From the NCBI GenBank assembly GCA_044356295.1, contig JBIKWN010000023.1, forward strand, positions 1 through 32,923: a DNA stretch of 32,923 bases, written 5' to 3'. Source of the stretch: Bdellovibrionota bacterium (lineage in GTDB: Bacteria; Bdellovibrionota_C; UBA2361; JBIKWN01). Below the pieces are notes generated by a model. The model was not told the DNA's origin and did not search any database. It worked only from the letters and a program-made list of their open reading frames with translations. Every line of letters begins with the position of its first letter. The first letter of the stretch is position 1. The position numbers were made by a program, and so were the translations under genes. Shown here piece by piece: positions 28,847 through 32,923 of this stretch.

Positions 28847-30394
28847 CTATTCCCACTCAATTGTCGCAGGCGGCTTACTCGAGATATCCAAAACGACTCT
28901 ATTAATCCCTTTCACCGAATTGATAATCTTATTGGAAACCCTTTGAAGAAGGTCTTGTGGTAAGTATGCCCAATCAGCAGTCATACCATCATCAGAGTGT
29001 ACTGCTCGAAGGCAGATTGCTTGCTCGTATGTTCGGCCATCACCCATAACACCTACTGACTTAACAGGAAGAAGGACAGCAAAGCTTTGCCATAAAGTTT
29101 TGTATAGTCCTGCACTTCTGATTTCATCCATGAAAATTTTATCAGCGTCTTGAAGCAATGCTAACTTCTCAGCAGTGATATCACCTAAGATTCTTACTGC
29201 AAGCCCTGGTCCTGGAAATGGTTGCCTAGAAAGAATTGAATCGGGCACATCAAGATCTTTCCCCATGAGTCGCACTTCGTCTTTAAAGAGTTCTCTGAGT
29301 GGTTCGATTAATTTAAATTGTAATTTTTCTGGAAGCCCACCCACGTTATGGTGAGTTTTAATTGTTGCAGAAGGACCTCTTACTGAAAAACTTTCAATAA
29401 CATCTGGGTATAGTGTGCCTTGAACAAGATGAGACACTTTCGATATTTTTTTCGCTTCTCTTTCAAAGACTTCAACAAATACTCGCCCTATTATTTTTCT
29501 TTTTTGTTCAGGATCGGTCACTCCTTTCAATTCAGAGAGGAACTCATTGGTTGCATTGACGGGCACAAGATTCAAACCAAGTCCTGAATTCCCCAAGAGC
29601 TCAACAACTTCTTTTGCTTCATCTTTTCGCAGTAAGCCATTATCGACAAAAATGCATGTCAGCCTTTTTCCGATGGCACGGTGGACAAGTGCTGCAGCAA
29701 CGGTTGAATCAACGCCACCACTTAATCCACAGATTACATTTGCTTCTGCTGGGACTTCGCTACGGATTTTTTCAATCTGCTCTTCAATGAAATTTCCAGC
29801 AGTCCAATCAGGTTTAATTTTTGCAACATTAAAAAGGAAATTTGAAAGCATCTTTTTACCTTCAGCAGTGTGTACTACTTCTGGGTGATACTGGACGCAG
29901 TAAATATTTTTCTCGGTATTACCGATTGCAGCAATCGGAGCACCGTGTGATTTTGCAAGAAGTGAATAACCTTTTGGCAAAGCTACAACATGATCTCCGT
30001 GACTCATCCAAACAGTAGATTTTGATCCAATTTTAAAATCAGTAAAAATTCCTTTATCAGAAACTATTTCTAATTCAGCTCTTCCATACTCACGACTTTC
30101 TCCTGCAGCAAGTTCACCGCCATAAAGATGTGCAACAAGCTGCATACCGTAGCAAATACCAAAGGTTGGCAAACCAACATCCAACCATTTTGCATCAAAC
30201 GGTGGAGCATCTTCATCCCGAACTGATGCAGGACCACCAGATAAAATTAATGCTTGATATGATTTTAAATTGAGTTCAGAAGGTGCTGTCGTGCAAGGTT
30301 TGATTTCACTATAGACACCCATCTCACGGATTCGACGGGCAATAAGTTGAGTAAATTGAGAGCCGAAATCGAGGATAAGAACGGATGAATGCAT
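28847..30394 (-). CDS. guaA: GMP synthase (glutamine-hydrolysing)
   Basis: [45 protein letters not shown]. Confidence 0.98.
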   Translation of the reverse strand: MHSSVLILDFGSQFTQLIARRIREMGVYSEIKPCTTAPSELNLKSYQALILSGGPASVRDEDAPPFDAKWLDVGLPTFGICYGMQLVAHLYGGELAAGESREYGRAELEIVSDKGIFTDFKIGSKSTVWMSHGDHVVALPKGYSLLAKSHGAPIAAIGNTEKNIYCVQYHPEVVHTAEGKKMLSNFLFNVAKIKPDWTAGNFIEEQIEKIRSEVPAEANVICGLSGGVDSTVAAALVHRAIGKRLTCIFVDNGLLRKDEAKEVVELLGNSGLGLNLVPVNATNEFLSELKGVTDPEQKRKIIGRVFVEVFEREAKKISKVSHLVQGTLYPDVIESFSVRGPSATIKTHHNVGGLPEKLQFKLIEPLRELFKDEVRLMGKDLDVPDSILSRQPFPGPGLAVRILGDITAEKLALLQDADKIFMDEIRSAGLYKTLWQSFAVLLPVKSVGVMGDGRTYEQAICLRAVHSDDGMTADWAYLPQDLLQRVSNKIINSVKGINRVVLDISSKPPATIEWE

Positions 30395-30436
30395 GGTGTA
30401 AAGCCTATCAAAAAATAAGCATCCGGTCGAACTACA

Positions 30437-31453
30437 TCATGTCGTGGTGAGGGACTGAAGTCGACGTTCGATTTCTTGCGCTACTTCTAGAGGATTGTAA
30501 CTTTGACCACTACCACCAGCTCGTCTATCGGAGCCTGCATTCCAGCGCCCACCCCATCCAGGAACTATCTCTGATAGTTTTAAATCGTGGAGGCTTAACG
30601 ATTGCTCCATGCCTTTGGTGGTTAAGCGAATTCTGGTTACAGGATTATCATCGACAGTTTGAACAAGAATTACGACTGATTGCGTTTGAAATAAGTCGGA
30701 ATACATCTCTCCTGCAAGTGCCTCATTGGCTTGTACGAGTGCTACATGGTCAAGTGAGGTAACATGATCTGAATTGTTGGTAATTTCCATTGCACGAAGT
30801 CTCGCAGTTTGGCGACTTAAAAGTGCTTCAGATGCAATCGGATGAAGTTTATTTCCTGCTAAAAGATCAATCAGTGCAATTGCAGAAAAATGATAATCTA
30901 ATTTTTTATCGAGACCTTGCAAAAGATCTGAAATAACATTTGCAGCCCCAGTATGATCAGCGGCTATGACAGCGGCTCCGAATAATTCCTCTTCCGGCGG
31001 AAGAACTCCTGCCATAATAAGCGACGAGATCATCGAATCAGCATCAGTATGATTGATAAAAATAGGTACGTTTGGATCTATACCGAATGTAGTTACATGT
31101 TGAATTGCTAAATTACCACTCGATATCATTTTCCTCATCTGAGTAAGGTCAGCATGGTGATCAATATTAAATATACTGTCTTTAAGAATCCCACCGGGTT
31201 GAACTTGCCCATCTTCAAAACCATCAACATAAAAATCACAGGCATATACTAAACCCTCTGGAACAACGCTTCGAATATCTGCTTGAGTCACTCTTGAAGC
31301 AGTAGGAAAAAGCGTTTTGAGTCTTCCCGATTCTAGAAATGCTGCTAAACGAGCTTTGGCTTCCCGAGAATCTTCCATTGACCAGAGAGGTAATGTTTTA
31401 GACAGAGGGCAGTGGCTTAACGCCTGTGATGGATCTGATGATGGGGATGGCAT
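30437..31453 (-). CDS. DHH-like putative phosphoesterase with rearranged motif order
   Basis: CDF, NIDHH, NHTDAD, ADHTG and C-terminal GWGGR motifs. Confidence 0.6.
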   Translation of the reverse strand: MPSPSSDPSQALSHCPLSKTLPLWSMEDSREAKARLAAFLESGRLKTLFPTASRVTQADIRSVVPEGLVYACDFYVDGFEDGQVQPGGILKDSIFNIDHHADLTQMRKMISSGNLAIQHVTTFGIDPNVPIFINHTDADSMISSLIMAGVLPPEEELFGAAVIAADHTGAANVISDLLQGLDKKLDYHFSAIALIDLLAGNKLHPIASEALLSRQTARLRAMEITNNSDHVTSLDHVALVQANEALAGEMYSDLFQTQSVVILVQTVDDNPVTRIRLTTKGMEQSLSLHDLKLSEIVPGWGGRWNAGSDRRAGGSGQSYNPLEVAQEIERRLQSLTTT

Positions 31454-31628
31454 ACTTAATAATCTATTTATATCTCATGAAGAGGGTACCGAGGCTAAAT
31501 GAACTACGCAAAAAATTTATTTCTGTTAAATCTTCATATTTATTGAAGATTTTTTTCTGACGAAATTAAACTTAATATTTGAGGTATGGTAGGATTTCGT
31601 CGCTTTAAAGTTTTAATTGGTGCTGTTT

Positions 31629-32735
31629 ATGGGAATCTCAACAGAATTTAGAAAAAATGCCTTCCAAAAAATTGTAACAATACCTTCAAAGAAACTCTCT
31701 TCATCATCAACCTATGGCTCACCTTTTGCTGGTGCCGAATCAATCAAAGCTACTGATGCAGACCTCTACTGGCAGACCGTATGCGATCTTGGTGCGTACT
31801 TCAGACTAAAGCTCCTTAATCACTTCAATCCTACTGATACAGGGCGTGTTGATCCTTCAAAAATGGAATTTCCAAAAGTATGTATTACTTTAGGAAGTGG
31901 GCTCGATGCTTTTGGAGAAACTATTCAAGACCCACTGATCATTAAATATAACAACCTTCCTGGGCTTGAATTTATGGAGCTTGGTAATGTTCCTGGTCAT
32001 AAAAAATGCCTGATTGCTGGCAGACTTCAAGATGGTACTCCTGTTGTTGCACTTTCGGGAAGGATTCATACCTATGAAAGAAACGGAAATGTTGATGAAT
32101 CAGCATTACTAACCGCCGCTATTCTAGATGCTGGTATTCATAACCTTATTCTCACCAATGCTGCTGGAAGTCTTGATCCAAATCATCTTCCTGGTACCGT
32201 TATGCTTGCAACTAGCATCGCGAAAGAAACTGTTCCGAACTTTGGTTCGGGACTACAACACCCATATGCAGGGGATCTTTTTTATCCTGCACACGTTGTC
32301 TGTACTGAGTTTCACGAACGTTTAGGTGCAATCGCTGCTGAACTTGGTATTCGCACCTTTGAAGGGTCATACATTCAGTATCCAGGAAGACGATATGAAT
32401 TTCCTGCTGAAATAGCACGCCTCGCCAATGAACGACAACAAATGTTGCAAGGACCTTATGCAAAATTTGCTCCAGGGGCTGTTGGAATGTCAACTGGGCA
32501 TGAAGTAGAAGCTGCATGTCAGCATGCAACTCGTCCTGAATTCAACGGTGAACATGCATTACCACTCCCTCGAGTCGTTATACTTTCTACAATAACAAAT
32601 TTAGGTGCGGGACTTTCTGATAAACCACCAAGTCATGATGAAGTTAAGGAAGAGGGGGAAAAAATTGCACCACTACATGTTCAACTTCTTACCGATCTTG
32701 TAGGTATGATGAACGAAGAGCGAGTGGCAGCATAA
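31629..32735 (+). CDS. punA: Purine nucleoside phosphorylase (trimeric PNP-I/xanthosine phosphorylase family), divergent
   Basis: LGSGL, VPGH, GRIHTYE, LTNAAG, AVGMST..EV, ITN.GAG, SHDEV; ATG at 31629 preferred over TTG at 31617. Confidence 0.85.
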   Translation: MGISTEFRKNAFQKIVTIPSKKLSSSSTYGSPFAGAESIKATDADLYWQTVCDLGAYFRLKLLNHFNPTDTGRVDPSKMEFPKVCITLGSGLDAFGETIQDPLIIKYNNLPGLEFMELGNVPGHKKCLIAGRLQDGTPVVALSGRIHTYERNGNVDESALLTAAILDAGIHNLILTNAAGSLDPNHLPGTVMLATSIAKETVPNFGSGLQHPYAGDLFYPAHVVCTEFHERLGAIAAELGIRTFEGSYIQYPGRRYEFPAEIARLANERQQMLQGPYAKFAPGAVGMSTGHEVEAACQHATRPEFNGEHALPLPRVVILSTITNLGAGLSDKPPSHDEVKEEGEKIAPLHVQLLTDLVGMMNEERVAA

Positions 32736-32757
32736 CTATACTCGGTATAGTTTCTTT
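32734..32757 (+). terminator. Possible terminator hairpin between convergent genes
   Basis: aactatac-tcg-gtatagtt followed by tcttt. Confidence 0.45.
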
Positions 32758-32921
32758 GCTCGGACATAGTGATAGCGAAGATGCACTGAAAGAAACCACA
32801 AGGTTTCGTCGAGGTTACAATCACCTACTCTTGGATGATTGAATACGAAATAATCCCAAACTGCTGGGTTAGTACATTCAGGTTGAGATAACATTTTACT
32901 TAATTCAGTACGCAGTAATTC
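32736..32921 (-). CDS. 3' end of a DinB/DUF1569-like protein (partial, start lies outside the window)
   Basis: Open frame ...FNHPRVGDCNLDETLWFLSVHLRYHYVRAKKLYRV*; HP..G and H...H pattern of the DinB C-terminus. Confidence 0.65.
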   Translation of the reverse strand, partial: ELLRTELSKMLSQPECTNPAVWDYFVFNHPRVGDCNLDETLWFLSVHLRYHYVRAKKLYRV

Positions 32922-32923
32922 CC

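Noticed and set aside
31559..31601. GACGAAAT/ATTTCGTC inverted pair and recurring (G/C)ACGAA-like words upstream of several genes as an alternative-sigma motif
   Set aside because: Short, with inconsistent spacing to any upstream element; cannot be distinguished from chance by eye.
29547..32529. Short alternative-frame ORFs within guaA, the DHH-like gene and punA
   Set aside because: They overlap well-supported longer genes and carry no motifs.

Overview
AT-rich bacterial chromosomal segment. The lysS-lolC/E-lolD order suggests a deltaproteobacteria-like or Bdellovibrionota-like lineage (inference). Most of the window is housekeeping: lysS, lolC/E, lolD, lolA, rimO, apt, guaA, a purine nucleoside phosphorylase, yciH, erpA/iscA, ctaA, an acyl-CoA dehydrogenase and an IclR regulator, interspersed with divergent orphan genes. 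The standout is a tightly coupled three-gene minus-strand operon (14345->6999). It encodes a 1596-aa fusion of an RNase D-like DEDDy 3'-5' exonuclease with a Hef/Mph1/FANCM-like SF2 helicase, a 415-aa unknown protein, and a Cas4/AddB-like PD-(D/E)xK nuclease with four Fe-S-type cysteines; it is a candidate undescribed defence or nucleic-acid-processing system. Features missed by the ORF track include a 48-aa histone H1-like protein, a 78-aa-repeat protein at the left edge, a DinB-like gene end at the right edge, and two long inverted repeats built from periodic 6-mer or 9-mer units. No CRISPR array, tRNA, rRNA or transposase was seen.
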